From a virus: a stretch of DNA of 64,000 nt. Below are positions 31,101-45,500 of the stretch, piece by piece; the first letter of the stretch is position 1; every line of letters starts with the position of its first letter. The position numbers and the translations under genes are program-made. The DNA is taken from IMG/VR virus record IMGVR_UViG_3300020193_000007, positions 19,538 to 83,537 of that record; one strand, 5' to 3'. The notes beneath the pieces are model-generated. The model did not search any database. It was not told where the DNA came from and saw only the letters and a program-made list of their open reading frames with translations.

Positions 31101-34100
31101 CTATCGTTCTATCTCTCTAGGGATTGGAATTGCCCTAGATGGATCAAGTAGAGCCGGTCCTTTAATCAAATTTAAAGTCTCCGTATATACTCTAGCCAAA
31201 CCATTTACAACCAGCTCCCAGTTGAGTGTAATTGGACTACCATCTGGATAGTACTCATCCCAGCCAACATATGGCCATTCCGAGGCCGTAGAATACACAT
31301 CTTGAAGTATTAGAATACCTACTGCGGCATCAAATACGGCTCTTTCTGTGGCGGTAAGACTGTTGAGTGGATCATCAGCTCCTGTTACCTTGAAGTAAAT
31401 GTAATCCGTAACTTGTTTTTGCTGCTCAATCATGGCATCAAAAATGATGCTGAATCGTGTTTCAATGACACTATTTAAAGAAATTAATTCTTTTGTCTTA
31501 TCCCTTACATAAGCTATGCTGTTTGATGTACTTTCTGGAATTCTCAAGAATATACCTCTAACCTTGTTAATTATAGCTTCTTCCCTCATGGAGTCTACCC
31601 TATAAAAGATAGAAGCCATATATCTATCGTTAGAGTCTTTATTGTTTTTCCCAGTTTTTGCGACAGCGTAATTTCCCGGATTATTTTCTTTTGCCCCGGC
31701 TTCAATATCATCAGCGGTTAATATTCTTGATGGATCATTGGGATTTATTCTCAGTACAATTAATTTACCCAATAAAGCTTCTTTAGTATAGTTATACGAC
31801 TTTGCTCCCTCGGAATTTGGATTAACAATTCCTACCTCACCCGGATATACCGACAGCTTTTGTAGTTCTGCTGCTTGAATTCCCTCAAATCTAATTCTAT
31901 AATCGGCCGCTTTTTTAGATTTTCCATCAGGATTACCTTGGCGCTTTTCATCTACACTTATGCCTTTCTCCGGATTGAGCACATCTTGAACATCAATTGT
32001 GTCACCGTCAACAATGTGAACAACCTTTGCTATAACCTTAAAGCTTTGATTTAATCCTGTTTTTTCCGGTCCAAGACCAGAATATTTCAAAAGTTCTGCA
32101 TGCACTACTGCATTTTCCAAACTTGTATATCTTACCAAATCCGATATTTCTTTTTCTCTCCAGCCCATGCTTCTCAGGAGATCATCGCTCCTAATGTAAG
32201 CGTGACCTTCTGCCGTTTTTGTTTTGGTTCTTACGCCGAGCACTCCGGGGAGAAGCTTGATTGAATGATGCTTACCAACCACCATGCCCTGAAAGTTGGC
32301 CAAACCAGCATCCATCGCCTGACCATTCTTGTTTAAATATTGAATGTAGCAGCCGTGCTGATCTAAGATATGGTTTCTAACCCACTTCCATGCACTCCAT
32401 GCAGCGTCAGTTGCCAGCGTCAAGCCTGCGGCAACGGCCGCTCCAGCCAGGGGGGTTCCAAAAATAGTGGCTGCAGCGGTTGCGCCAGCAGTTACTGCCG
32501 GCATAACCAGGGAAGAGGTCACCGCCGCAACTGCACTCATCCCTTCAGTTTTTCCAGTTTGGTTTTTAATCAACTGCTTTATTTGCTCTTGTGTTTCCGG
32601 CATCGAATCTGCCAGCTGATTCGCTTGTATATCCTTAAGTAGCGCCGAGTGACCATGGGTATATTGCATGCCGCCAACCATTTGATCCTTAAGCATGAGG
32701 GCAAGATTTTCTATTGAAACATCTCCATTGGTCGTCAGTCTTGCATTATTTGACTCATTAGCCAAAAGTAATCTAGTGTCGTTTCTGAAATTTTGAGTGC
32801 TCAACCAAGAACCAAGCCAAGAAGTCATAAACCATCTAGCTGGATCATTGACCGTAACAAGTGCATTGGGGGTAATACTTGTGATAAAACCCATTTCCGG
32901 AGTGAAGTGATGAACTATCTGCTCAACCTCAAACATACCATACATCCTATTGTACACGTCTGCCAAATAAACAAGATCGTGCGGCCTTATGTCTGCATTA
33001 CCAATTACCATTATCTCTCCACCATAAATGTCTTTCAGATTATCTTTCAAATACGAAAGAGCAACTCTTCTTGCGGTCAACTCATCTGGTTCTCCTTGCA
33101 CATTTTTTGCTATTCCTCTTGCGGTTTCCAGAGGATGGAATATAGGATGAAGTATACCAAAAACTCCTTCGCCTTTTGGATTGTCCCAATAAAGCCCAGT
33201 TTCAACAGTTTTTTCAACTTGCTTCTCTGACGTTACTGATTTATCAAGCGATACTGTCACTGGAAATTTGCCATCTGACACCGCTGTTATTTGAGTGGCA
33301 ATCCCGTTGAAAATTTTCTTTTATATTATTAGAAATGATGTGACTAAATGAGCTAAGGTAATGCACTCTTTGAAATGATTCCCTTATTTCAACAACAGGT
33401 TCACCATACTCTCTGGTGAACGGGTTATCAACGGCCCTGAGCAAGGTCCCAGGTCTACCAAGTGAATAATAAATAGAGTCGTTATATGCCTTATTTAGAA
33501 TGTTCGCTTGCTTGGTAAAGTTTTCAAGCTCCTTAAGACCATAACCCATTTGAGCCATTGACATTCTAAACATATTTAGCATATTGCCCAAGGCCGTGTC
33601 AAAGGCTGTAATGATAGGCCCTATGTTTTTATCCCAAAAGTTATCAACATCTTCCATAATTCCGGTAACCCAGTTGCCTGCGTTGTTTCCCGCCTTTGCA
33701 TTTTCTTTTAGTAGCTTTATGAAAGCATTGCTATCGGTTGCGTATTCTCTTTCATAATTAATAAACTGTGCAAATATATTATCTATCGGCCTAAAACTCC
33801 ATTGATCATTTTCATTACCAAATAGATCAAAGACACCAGCAAGTGGAACGGCAACTTGAACAGCGGCTGCAAGTCCAGTTGCGCTGAATCTCTTTTTGTC
33901 AACTCTCAAAACTAGCCAAGCTCTAGCGTATGGATCTGACCAAAGTTTCTGCCTGAATATACCAACCAACAAAAGATAAAGTTGTTTGGGTGTTTTAATA
34001 TTTTTAAGAAGATTAAGTGCGTCTTCTTCGGATTTTATGTTTCTTGGATCAAAGTCGGGTTCTGCTGCTATGTCAGCATACTCATAGGTTTGAAAATGGT

Positions 34101-37100
34101 TTTTTACTAAGGAAATCAGTCCATCAAGTTTTTTCTTTAATAAGAAATTATATATATCAATTAATCCCTGGTCTTTATTTATAATTGGTTTTTTGCTTTC
34201 ATCCAATTCACTTACTCCACCATCAACATATTCATTCATGGCTATTTCAACGGCAGATGTAACCGAGGCTGCTTGATTGATCGACATTATCCAGTCGGTT
34301 CCAAGTAAGGTATTGAATTCAGATCCGCTTTTATCGGCATTAAAATCCTCAAATACAATTTTGTCTTTTCCTGTTATCATTTTGAATAATGGGTCATCTG
34401 ATTCTTCATTATTATCTGGATCTAGTCCATATGTTTTTTGAAATATATTTTTTACCGATTCATAATTGTGATAACCAAACCTAAATTGATCCCATATCTG
34501 TTGTGCCTCTGCTATTTTTCTTCCGCCGCCTGCTATAACTTTAACGGTGTTGTCAAATTTTTCGTCGTAAAATCCTGCTGCAATCACTGAAACATTATCA
34601 AGGGGATCGTATACAGAAGCAAATTCTTCTCTGGTTTCATTTTTCTTGTCTTCCTCAAGTTTTTTAAACAAAGAGTCTTGAGACAACTCTTCTATCCCAT
34701 TGTCTTTTTGTATTGATTCAAAGTAGCCAATCCAGTTACCGCCTTTTGACCATTCCCTCTGCCAATCAATCATCGTCTTTTCTTCTATCAAATCACTTGC
34801 GTAAGTGTAAGAAGTAGAGCTTCTTATTCCATTGTTTAATATCCTTTCTGCTGCGTCTGCGGTAACATGAACTGGAACCCCATCTGGTCTAGCAGATGCA
34901 ACTCCTGGTAGTAGTTCTGGAAGGTTTCCTTCCACTGGTTTAAACGCACCAAAGCCAATCAAAAATACATCATCGCCTATTCTAGAATTTTCTAACTTAA
35001 ATCTATTTGCTGGAACATAACTGCTTGTAACAACTCCAACTTCAGTAGAATCCGGCACAAACGTGAACATGCACTCTGTCAATCCTTTTTCAACCATTGA
35101 TAATTTTTCCCATTGAGTTGAGGTACCATATGCGCCGTCGACTGATCCAATTGTTTCCATCGGTGAAATTATTCTTCCCTTATCATCAATCAAAAGATGC
35201 AAATAATATGCAGCGTCTGGAGAAACTATTGCGGCTATACCACCAGCACTATTGACTTCCTGCTCACCCCAAAGGAAGTATGCCGGTTTACACACAACTG
35301 CCACTCTTTTTTCTGGATTATATACAAGAACTTTCCTTTGCTTGTAATCATCTGGAGTTCCAGCCAAATTTTCCATCTTAATATCATACATTTCAAGAAA
35401 CTTTTTCAATAATTCGTCTTGAATTGTCTTAGATGGCACCTGCTCAAAAGGATTACCCTGCCTATCTTTCATGGCCATTCTTGCCGTAACGGGATTGTAT
35501 GGCCATCTCATGGCTATGTAGAATTGTTCATCTTCTGCACTTTCGGGCATTCCCCATTCCGTGAAGTTGAGTTGAAATTGCTGCCAATAATCAGACAAAA
35601 GTCCATATGCGGGATCTAAATCTTCGTAGTACGATTGTAAATTTTCTGGAATTTCAATCTCACCGCTTCCTCCCATGCTACCCGGAACCTTAACACCCTC
35701 TCCTATGGAGGTTTTACTTATAATTGGAAGTGGCATTTGAATAATTGGTGAAGCATTGATTTGACCAAGGCTTGCTTCCGGGTCATATATTCCAGAAGGA
35801 TCAAAGGCGGCTGTCCCCACTAAGAGTGGACCAATTCCTGCAAATTGTAGTTTATTGGCAAAATTGAAATTAAAGTCAAGCGTTTCTTCGGAGCCTTCTG
35901 TTTTTTTAGACACAAGAGCGGTTGCTTCTTGTCCTTCTTTTTTGGAAATTAGGCCTTTTTCGAAATCAGCAATCAATCTTATATTACTGATATTTGTATT
36001 TATTTCTCTATCGTCATTGTCCTTAAATATTCTGTCAAAGTTTAGTGACGGTAAAACTCCTGAAACTCTGTTAGTAAAAAATGGATAAGAGTATCTTATT
36101 GGTAACTGTGGTATTTGTTTGTGATTTAATGATTCATCGGTGTTTCTTACCTGTATTCCAGCTTCAGTACCTTTGCCACTAGAATGAAATGGTAGGTGAA
36201 AACCAACTTGAACTCTGCCTTTATTAATTGGTAGTCGAGAAACTGGTTTTCCATTTTTGTAATACGTATTTCTCGTAGTGTCTTTGAGATCTATTACAGT
36301 GCCCTTTAAGCTTCTGCCTGGCTTAAAAACTCCATTCATACTAATCATATCCTTTGCCAAAGAAGCTAAAGATTCTGACAGTTTATTTTCTCCAGCTTGC
36401 AGTGAGGCCATTGCGTCTGAGCTTGGTGCTAACTCCTTGTTCAGAGAATAAAGGAGTCGTGACAACCCGTCATCTGGACCAACGTATCCCGGAATCGACA
36501 TATTATTATTTTTTGCAACTTCTTCATTTGGAAATCCAGTTGAAATTGGCATGATGCCAGAGGTGTAAAGCCAATGAGGTTTTCCGTAGAATATCGTCGA
36601 CCTTTCCTCAAATGGTCTTACAGCAACTATATAATTGGGAAGAAGTCTGGCGCACATCTGAAACATGTCCCACACACTTCTCATGTAGGTTTGAGCCCTA
36701 AAAGATACCTCATCATACATGTCATCATCAAGATCAGAAACAAGACCGAGTGTTTTCATTATGTTTGCTCCACCGCGACCACTCATCGTTTTAATTAAAC
36801 CCATTCCTAATCCCATAGTCATAGGACTTGGTGCTGCTACAACTCCAGCTATCGCAACCGCACTGCTTATGACCTGAGAAGTTCCAATTGCTCCGCTCAT
36901 ATCAAGCAGCTTGTTGCCCTCTGTGGCTTTTTCCAATGCACTTGATGCGTCGACGTTTCCAGGTTTTGAAGAAGCGTCTATTAAACCAGACCACGATTGA
37001 TTTGACAACCTATCAAGATACCCAAATTTTTTATTGTCTATCTCAGATACATCTATGCTAGCCATTGTTGCCCAACCATCATCTAAATCTCCGCCCAGAA

Positions 37101-40100
37101 ATTGTGCTACACCAACTCCGTTTCCTGGATATATATTTCTTTTAAATATTTCAAGATCTCTTTGTGTTGAAAAATTTGCCCACATTGTTTGCATTGCGCC
37201 AACCAAGGGTGTTCTAACAGCTCCCCCAAAACTTTGTATTCCTGGATCAGTTCCAGCACTATAAGATATATTTGCTCCTGATAAATTATTCACTGGCGCT
37301 AGGGCGACATTGGCTAAAGAAGCTGCCCCCAAGTGCATTCCTCCAGTTATTAAATTGGCAGTTGAATTCCATCCAAGGCCAACTGTTCCTCTTATCGGAT
37401 TTTTACCAACTTCATTGAATGCGTTTATCACACTCTGTTTATACAAAGAAGATTTTGTTGCTTCCTCTTCGGTCAACGGTGCGTACAGTATTTGACCAAA
37501 GTGTCTAATTCCAAATTTATTTTCAGAAAATACTGCACCTCTCATGGCGTGAGAAAAGGCCTCCCTCACCCTTGAGGCGCCCATGGAGAGAAGTCGTATC
37601 ATAAGATCTCTGGGTTCTGACATCCACAATCCTGTGTTTATTCCTCCGTCAATTTTTCCGCTGTCACCCTTTTTCTTTGTACTGTTTATTATTGGGCTAA
37701 GTTCTACGGCATCTGACTGTGCAACTACTGTTATTATTTCCCCATGATCCACTTCAGCAATGACGCCGTTGAATATCGTTTGAAGGGAGTTAGGATTGCT
37801 GCCATATCCCGCCCTCAAGTGAACCCTAACTCCAGGCTTTAGTCTCATATGCTCAATTTCAGTTACATACCTAGCATTCATGTGGGATTTAAGGTTTAAT
37901 GATCTCTTGATCAAAGTTTCAACTATCATAGTTGTTCCCTGGGATAAATTGTATATCGATTTATCGATGTCAGCGTTTGATGCACTTCCAACACTTGCTC
38001 CATCTGCATTAATCAATGATGAAATGGTCATTTCGGGTTTTGATAATTTTGAATATGTATTAGATATTCTTAGCATGAGAGTATCTCCCAAAATATCTTC
38101 CGAAGAGACAAGTGAGAAATCTATAACAGACTGCAGCCCGTAAAAATTATCAAATAATTTTACACCCGCATAAAAATTCATGTCATCAATAAGCCACAGC
38201 ATATAGGTTGGATAAGCTCTAATCATTCTTCCGCCCAAATCCCTATATTGAGTGTCTAGAAGCATTTTCTGCCAGTGTTTTGCAACTCCCTTATGGGTTC
38301 CGCCGGTCGACAGAGATTGCATTTTTCCACTTTCAGAATTGCCCATTGCATTCATGTAATCGGTTAACGCAGAAGCTCCAGCGACTCCCGTGTGGCTTGC
38401 CTGCGTGTCTCTTTCTGGAACTTGAGTATCTGATATTGTTGTAACTTTAGATGTCGGTATTGCCTTTCCGTCTACTCCAACTCTCAAGAAGTCTTGTGCT
38501 ATATAAAATCTTCCATCTTCCCTGTTGGAATAACCCATGATGTATCCTCCATCTGGAGTTTGATATATCGCTGGAATTCTCTTGGTATCACTTGAGTCTG
38601 CTGCTGGAATAAAATGCATTATTCCAAAATGATCTACATCATCCGGATCGAAAGATGGAAGCTCTTTACCATTCGTTTCATTAATTTTGTCTGCTACTAA
38701 TTTATTAAATTTATCAATTTCAGATTTAGATCCCGATACTACATCTCCGATTTTTACCACTCCGTATCTGGTATTGAATTTTACATCTTCAAAATTGTAA
38801 TCTATTCCGGAATCATCCTTAAAAGAATCGATAAGATCTTTCCAAATTGTTGGATATTTATTCGCTATAAATCTAGACGATTGTAAAGAATTTTCAAATT
38901 CCGGTTCATTATTTTGGTCAAAAATTGATATTCTAAAAATTTTCATTGCTTCATTTGCAGAAAGTCTTACTCCATTTATAAGATAATTTTTTACTTTTTG
39001 TATATCACCATTTTCTTCAATCAGTATTTTTTTTACCTGATATACATATGCTTTCTGTGTAGCGTGAAGGGTATCTTTTTCCTGTTGCCAGTCTCCTACG
39101 GGCAGAGTATATTCGCCCGACTCAATAACGTTGTTAACAACATCATCATCAAACATTTCAAAACTTCTAAAATAAAAATCAGGATCAAACGAGCCAACAA
39201 CCATCTTTTTTTCTTCATCCATAATTGTCAGTGGAAGATCCGGATAAGCGTTGAATGATTCCCATTTTTGTTTAAGGCGCAAAAATGGATTTTTCTTGGT
39301 TCCAAACTCTTTTATCAACGCTATTTGACTGTCGGAAGTTATACTTTCTCTCTTTTGCTGAAATATATCAAAGTCAGTTAACATCAACTGTACGCTATAA
39401 ACATGCGGATAACCCTGTATTGTATCCACGGTGTAGCTCAGTGGTAGTACGTACTTTATGCCGGCAAGTGCGCAAATTACGTTCTTAACTCCCATGAATC
39501 CTATGACGCCTGCGGCGTGTTCTAGTCTTGCTAGACCGCTTAAAAAATCAAACATTTTTTTAATCTTTTTTAATTCTAATTCACCGAATATAGTCATAGA
39601 TATACTGACCATTGAATCATTGGATCCAATGTACTGAAACGTTGGTTCATCCTGCATCTGCAATTGGAGTTTGGCTAAATTGTTACCCATAGATAGGCTA
39701 ACTGAATTTACTATTATATTGTTTGGATCTAGGTCTATTTTCATCATCGGAACTTCCCATTCGCGCAAAGTAAATACCGGAAGACCCAATTTTTGAGCAT
39801 CTTTTACCGACTGAACTCCTAAAAGATTTTGAATTGATTCATCTTTATAAATTCTTTTATAAAGTATTCCATAAAATGCATCCATAAACTTTTTCTGTTC
39901 TACATCATATAATCTTGCAAATTCAGTAGAATTTTCATCTATGTCTTTTTTCTGTTTTTTAAGAATAGCCTTGACATTTTCCCTTATTGTATGATCTAGT
40001 AAACCCCTAACACTTTGAGATGAAACATACAAGCGAAACTTATCGTTCTTAAGTTTCTCCATTTCTTCTGGCGTGGTCATCGCTGGCACCTGTAATTCGG

Positions 40101-42073
40101 AAGGAGATTTTCTATTTTTTATGTAATCGATAGCTTCGTTGCTTAATTTGTTTCTAGATATATAGTCTGCTGCCATGGCATCGTACAGTGCAATGTATAT
40201 GTCGCCTGCGTTTGCTCCAGCTAACGCCACATCAACTATTCTTGCTGCCTTTTCCTTATCTAAATATGATGAGGTTAAGTTAAGCGAATTTATTACAACG
40301 GTATCAAGGTTTTGATAAAGTTCCAAATCTGTAACAGTAATACTAAATTGTGCCAATAGCTGATCCCAAAATCCTCTTTTATTTTGTTGAATTGCATTTT
40401 CTTCTGGAGATCTAAACATTGAGGTGTCAGGACTAAATATCTTTGATTGCACTTCTGCTGGGATATAGAGGGAAATACCGTTGCCATTAATCCAATCATT
40501 GTAAACATTTGTAGTCAATACGTCGTTTGCATACGGAGTCATCTCCCCGTACATCAAATTTTCCTCTACCTCTATCTCTCTATTGTCGGCGGTTAATGAG
40601 GTCGTAGAGATTTTTGGATCTATGGGGGCTTTTTGTTCTTCGGCTGTTTTTATTAAGAATTCTGCATTAACAGAATTGGCAAGAGATCCCGCTGCTCTTC
40701 CCATGTAATATCTAAATTTACTCCAATCAACAGCCTGATTAAAGTCCTTTATCATTGGCAAGAATGGCTTATGATTAAACTGTAATAATTCTAGATCAAC
40801 CTGTAGAGTAAAAGGATAATTCGGAACCGTAGATATGTTCATGGAAGATAATGCCACTCCAGTAATATCAAAAACCGAATTAAGATAATGATTTTTTATT
40901 GGAAGTATCGGCGCATACTTGAACGCGGCTACCAAGCCTCGCAAGGAAGATAGAAACTTATCAATCTTTTCTTCATGTAGAGGATCCTTAAAATCGATAT
41001 GAAAATTAGATTTCAGACTTACCCTTGTTGCATCATCTATCGATATTCCCCATATTTCTTCATAGTTTGGAAAAAACAATTGCATTGTTATTGTCGTTTC
41101 CCTGTATCCAGAATTAAATTTTGGAGAACTCTTTTGCCTAATTGCGCCGGCCAGTTAAGCTCCCGGTTTTGAATCCGGTATTAACGTTAATGGATACAGG
41201 TGGAACATAAAAATTTGAGGCTCCAATTCTAAGATGAAATATGTCCGGAGTTTTTGGAGGCCTAGAAGAAGGAAACGTCATCTTTTCAATTTGATTTTTT
41301 ATTCTATCAGCGGTTAAGAAATTGTCAATTGCCCATATGGGCTTAAAGGTGGCATTACCCTCCTCATCTGTTCCAAAAGCCTTAAACATACTTTCCATTA
41401 TTTGCTTATGATTGTTTAATGGATCTTCCTCTGAATATCCATAATCTGCCGTTGCGGCAAGCGCGGTTATATACAATCTGTATAGATTTGGAAAATATTT
41501 ATACACTGTTGCCAAGGCAAAAGGATCTTTATAAAAGAAGTTTTTTGCGGCAACAAGTTTTTCCATCCAAAAAGTATCTCTAATTGGATCACTGAATTGT
41601 CCAGCTGACTTTCGCAAATTTTGTTCACTTAAAAATCTTTGTCTAGCAAATGCCTGAATTCCTCCTGCCATTTGTGCAAGTTCCAACAATCCTGATTGAC
41701 TAATTTTTTCAAAGATTACTTTTCTATTTTTTTCATCCTTAATATGAGCCATTTCAGATTTTCTGAAGCTCGTCAATTTAATAAAAAAATCGTTATCTCC
41801 TTTAAAATCTTGTTCAGTAAAATTACCAAGATCTTTCAGATCTCTTTGTACTTCTTCTGTGCCTGACAATGTTGGAGTCCAACGAAATCCAACTGCTGCT
41901 GATGCAACTATTTGACCAAGATCTATGAACCCTCCACTAAGTTTACTCCAAAAGCTCCTGTCATTTCCCATCTCCCTAAACAGAGAAGATAATGGTGCTA
42001 AATCAGAGTCCTCGTAAAGCTGCCAACTCTTTATTGGTTCTTCGGATGGAAAATCCGTTTCTTGATTTGGCAT
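31101..42073 (-). CDS. giant baseplate hub-like protein with a C-terminal staphylococcal-nuclease-like domain, about 3656 aa; two CGG-N events
   Basis: ORFs of 311, 2613 and 726 aa join at 41146 and 33303; (10973-2)/3=3657 codons; hub-like LKPGVRVHLRAGYGSN..IFNGVI and GEIMVIGNADIRPHD segments; VVHIVDGDTIDV..IRFEGIQAAE...NWELVVNGLARVY is SNase-like. Confidence 0.7.
33303..33306 (-). other. CGGG +1/quadruplet site (CAA CGGG ATT)
   Basis: only in-frame CGG in the 2613-aa ORF; +1 gives [G]IATQITAVSDGKFP. Confidence 0.75.
41146..41149 (-). other. CGGC +1/quadruplet site (GGC CGGC GCA)
   Basis: GSLTG[G]AIRQKSSPKFNSGYRETTITMQLFF continues into the 2613-aa ORF. Confidence 0.8.
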
Positions 42074-42531
42074 TATCTACCTAACATACTATCTGCTTGC
42101 ATATGATCTTTGAGCATACCTGCTGAACTGTTTAAATTATATTTAGAGCTTTGATTATTTATTATACCATCTTTTTTTGAATTAAAATTAAGTTTATTTG
42201 ATATATTTAATTTTTGTTTAAAACCTAACTCTGCTGCTTCATATCTGGCTTTTTGAACTTTAGGATCATCATAACCATCGCCGGACATTTGAATTGTGGT
42301 CGATGCGGAATCCATAAGTCCTTCTTTAGAACCCTTAACCGGATCCGGTTTTGATTCAGAAAGGGAGGATCTTGACGAATGAACCACAGAACTTTGTTCA
42401 GATCCACTTGATTTTGAACTGGAGATTTTTGCTGCCAGTGCATTTGAAGTTTTTGTTCTTGGGGAGGTATCTATTCTTTTATTGGCTGCATCTGAAAGGT
42501 TCTTGTTCTGTTGACCTACACCTAAAATCAT
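42073..42531 (-). CDS. hypothetical Ser/Lys-rich protein (152 aa)
   Basis: ORF coupled to the downstream gene by a TAATG overlap. Confidence 0.7.
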   Translation of the reverse strand: MILGVGQQNKNLSDAANKRIDTSPRTKTSNALAAKISSSKSSGSEQSSVVHSSRSSLSESKPDPVKGSKEGLMDSASTTIQMSGDGYDDPKVQKARYEAAELGFKQKLNISNKLNFNSKKDGIINNQSSKYNLNSSAGMLKDHMQADSMLGR

Positions 42532-42542
42532 AATTTAAACAC

Positions 42543-45500
42543 CTAAAATCTAGAAGCGAGATCTGGGTAAGGATCTTGACCCGCCATAGGGAGTCCATCA
42601 TACATAGTAGCGTTTATAGGGCCGTCAACAACATCCCCAAACAAGCCTCTAAGTCTATTTAAATCTTGCATGGAGCCGGTTGTATTTATTCTATATTGCA
42701 TCCCTGCAATGCTGCGATTTGGGATATTTGAGTCTTGTTGGGCAAAATTTAATTCCGGATATCCCTGCTCGTACGGATTACCACCGGGCATTAGGGGTGG
42801 ACCGGTTACTGCGTCTTGTGTGTGATCTTTATTTTTTCTATTTTGATAGATAAAACTTCCAGCTATCAAAGCCATTGTACCCAACGCAGTTGCCTTAAAC
42901 CCCCTTGTATCAACCAATCTTCTCAACGAACTTGCATTATCTCTTAACATTTCCGATATTCTTCTATATGGACTTCTCGCTACATCAATGACTTCACCTA
43001 TTGGTCGTGGTATTTCATCCGCCATTTCTGACGTAAGTTCTGCTGCCTCGGACGGATCTAGCGGCAAAGCTCGTCCCATTCTTTCCATTATGTCTGTCGT
43101 CTCCTGCGCAATCTCTCTGTCTGCCATTATGCGACGTCTTTCCGCGTAAGCCTCTGATGCCAATCTTGTGGCAGATGTCCTTTTTTCTCCTGTGGCGCCA
43201 ACACTTGGATCTTCATCTGCTATCAATTCTAGATAGGATCTTAAATTTTCATCAGTAATATTATAGGTTCGGGACGGATCATATGGCATCGGTATGCCCT
43301 TCAACAGATCTCTGGCTTGATTTGGGGTTACATCCATAAGATCAGGCGTGCTTGGAAGTGGTATTCTAATCATATCCAATTGTGCAGAAACCAATCCCCT
43401 TGCCCTAGAATCGTACGTAACTGATCTTGCCAACCTTCTTCTCTCCGCAAGTAGTTGAAGCGAAATCATTAGATCTTCTTCACCCTCAAGACCAAAACCT
43501 TGCATAAACTTATGTGCATTTCCACCGAATTGGCTTTGAAGTTCCGCCTCAATAGTGTCAACTATATCCAAAACATTTACTCCAGGACCACTGTGAATAT
43601 CTGAAATTACCCTCAAACCCCTTGCCACCTCTTGTCTAATTGCTATTTTAACTTCCCTTGCCTGCGTTGTCAACACCCCTACTGGTTTTTTTATTTCGAG
43701 ATTTTCTAATTGTTTTTCTAATTGTTTTAATTCATTAAATAAACTTCTTATTTTTTTTGTTCTCAAAAAACTGGCTGCGTCTTCTACATATCTTGGGTGG
43801 GCAACCGCTCTGTTTTGGGCCATAAGACTCCTAGTTGGTTTAATCGATGCGGAGCTCAACGCGTCTTTTCCTTCCATAGCTATCTTGTGAGCTGTTGTTA
43901 CGGAACCATATTCGGGAATTAAATTTTTTCCCATTCTAAGGATTTGTTTTACTTGATCAAAATTAGCGCTTTGCAATTCGTTAATTGAAGATTCTAGACT
44001 TGTTACATCAGCTCCAGCTCCTCTTAATTGTTCCAAAACTCTTTTTTGTTCCTTCAACATCACATCTTTCATTCGAATTATGTCGTCTTTAATCAGTCTT
44101 CCGCCCTTGTCCATAGTCATCGGATCAAATCCTGGTAAATCGTCTGCAGTTGTGCCCAGTGATAACATAATAGCTCTTTGTCTGGCTAATTCTTTAGTTT
44201 GTTGTTCAAGATTGGCTTTTGCAATTGCGGCGGGAGATATTGAATAATCATGAAGAGTGTCCGCAGTTGCCCCAACCATTCTCCCTTCGCCTATCGCTTC
44301 AGCGTTCTCCTCATTGACATATTTTGCTATTGCTTCATAAGCAGATCGCTGCCTGGCCATTTCTATTTTGCCGGCCTCAGTGGAAATGTCGCTAATTGTT
44401 GCCAACTTCTTAACCCTGGTCATTCCAGTCATTTGCTTTATCAGGTCGACGAAATCTGAAGGCGCTACAATTCCAGATATTGCTGTCTTGTCTTTCAGTA
44501 TATTTTCAGCGACACTTCCAAGTGTGTCAGAACGGGCTCTGGCTGTATCAATCAATTCATCCGACTTCGACAATTGTGCCGCTAGAAAGTTTGCAGATAT
44601 AGTTCTGTTAATCGTCACACCTAGCGATTTATCGAATGCTGTTGGATCTGTGAGGGCGGCAATTTTAAGTTGTTCTGAGTATTGTAAAATAGATTGCGTA
44701 CCCGCAGCATAAACCCTTTCCGCACTTAGTCCATGGCGTGCTCTTGCAGCGTCACCCACTGCATCAGTTCGGAATAAATCACCAATTGCCGATCCGCCAT
44801 CTGCACGAACAGTTCTATCAAAAGATTCTGGATCAATACCTAGATTGATCAAAGTTTGTTTCATAACATCTTGTACGCGCTCTGGATCCGCCAAGTCAGG
44901 TGTTCTTTGCAACTCAACATATCTGGAATAAGAATAAGGAGCTCCCTGCTCAGTGCTCAGGTCACTAAATATACCTATTGGTATATCTGGAATTCCACCG
45001 CCCTTCGATTGCCGCGGAGCTCAACACGTCTCTACCCCTAATTGATGCGGAAGCTCTTTCTGAAAGAGTGTCAATTAATCTTTGGCTAATTGGTGCTATT
45101 GCAACACGATCCTCTCCCAAATGTGTACCATACATACCTTCCCTCAATACCCTAACAACCGTTTCCGTAAGTACATCAAATTTTTCTGCGCCCTCCCTTT
45201 GACCGTGAAGTCTTATCATGGTTGATCTAAGACTCGTAAGTCTGTCTTGAAGAACTCTAGTTGTATCGCTAGCGGGATCAACAGAATCGGGTCTTCTTAA
45301 TATCTCCAGAGTAATATCAACTGCGTCATTTGCATGAATGTCATAACCAGTTTCTTCAAAAACTCTGTGTACTAATTCATCGATATGTGTTTGCTGAGCT
45401 TTCCTTAACTGTTCTTTTATTAGAGGCGCATCTGAGCTATCGGAAAGAAGCAATGCGTCCAATGAATCCACCGTATCAAGTTGAGGTTTAATTAAAATAG

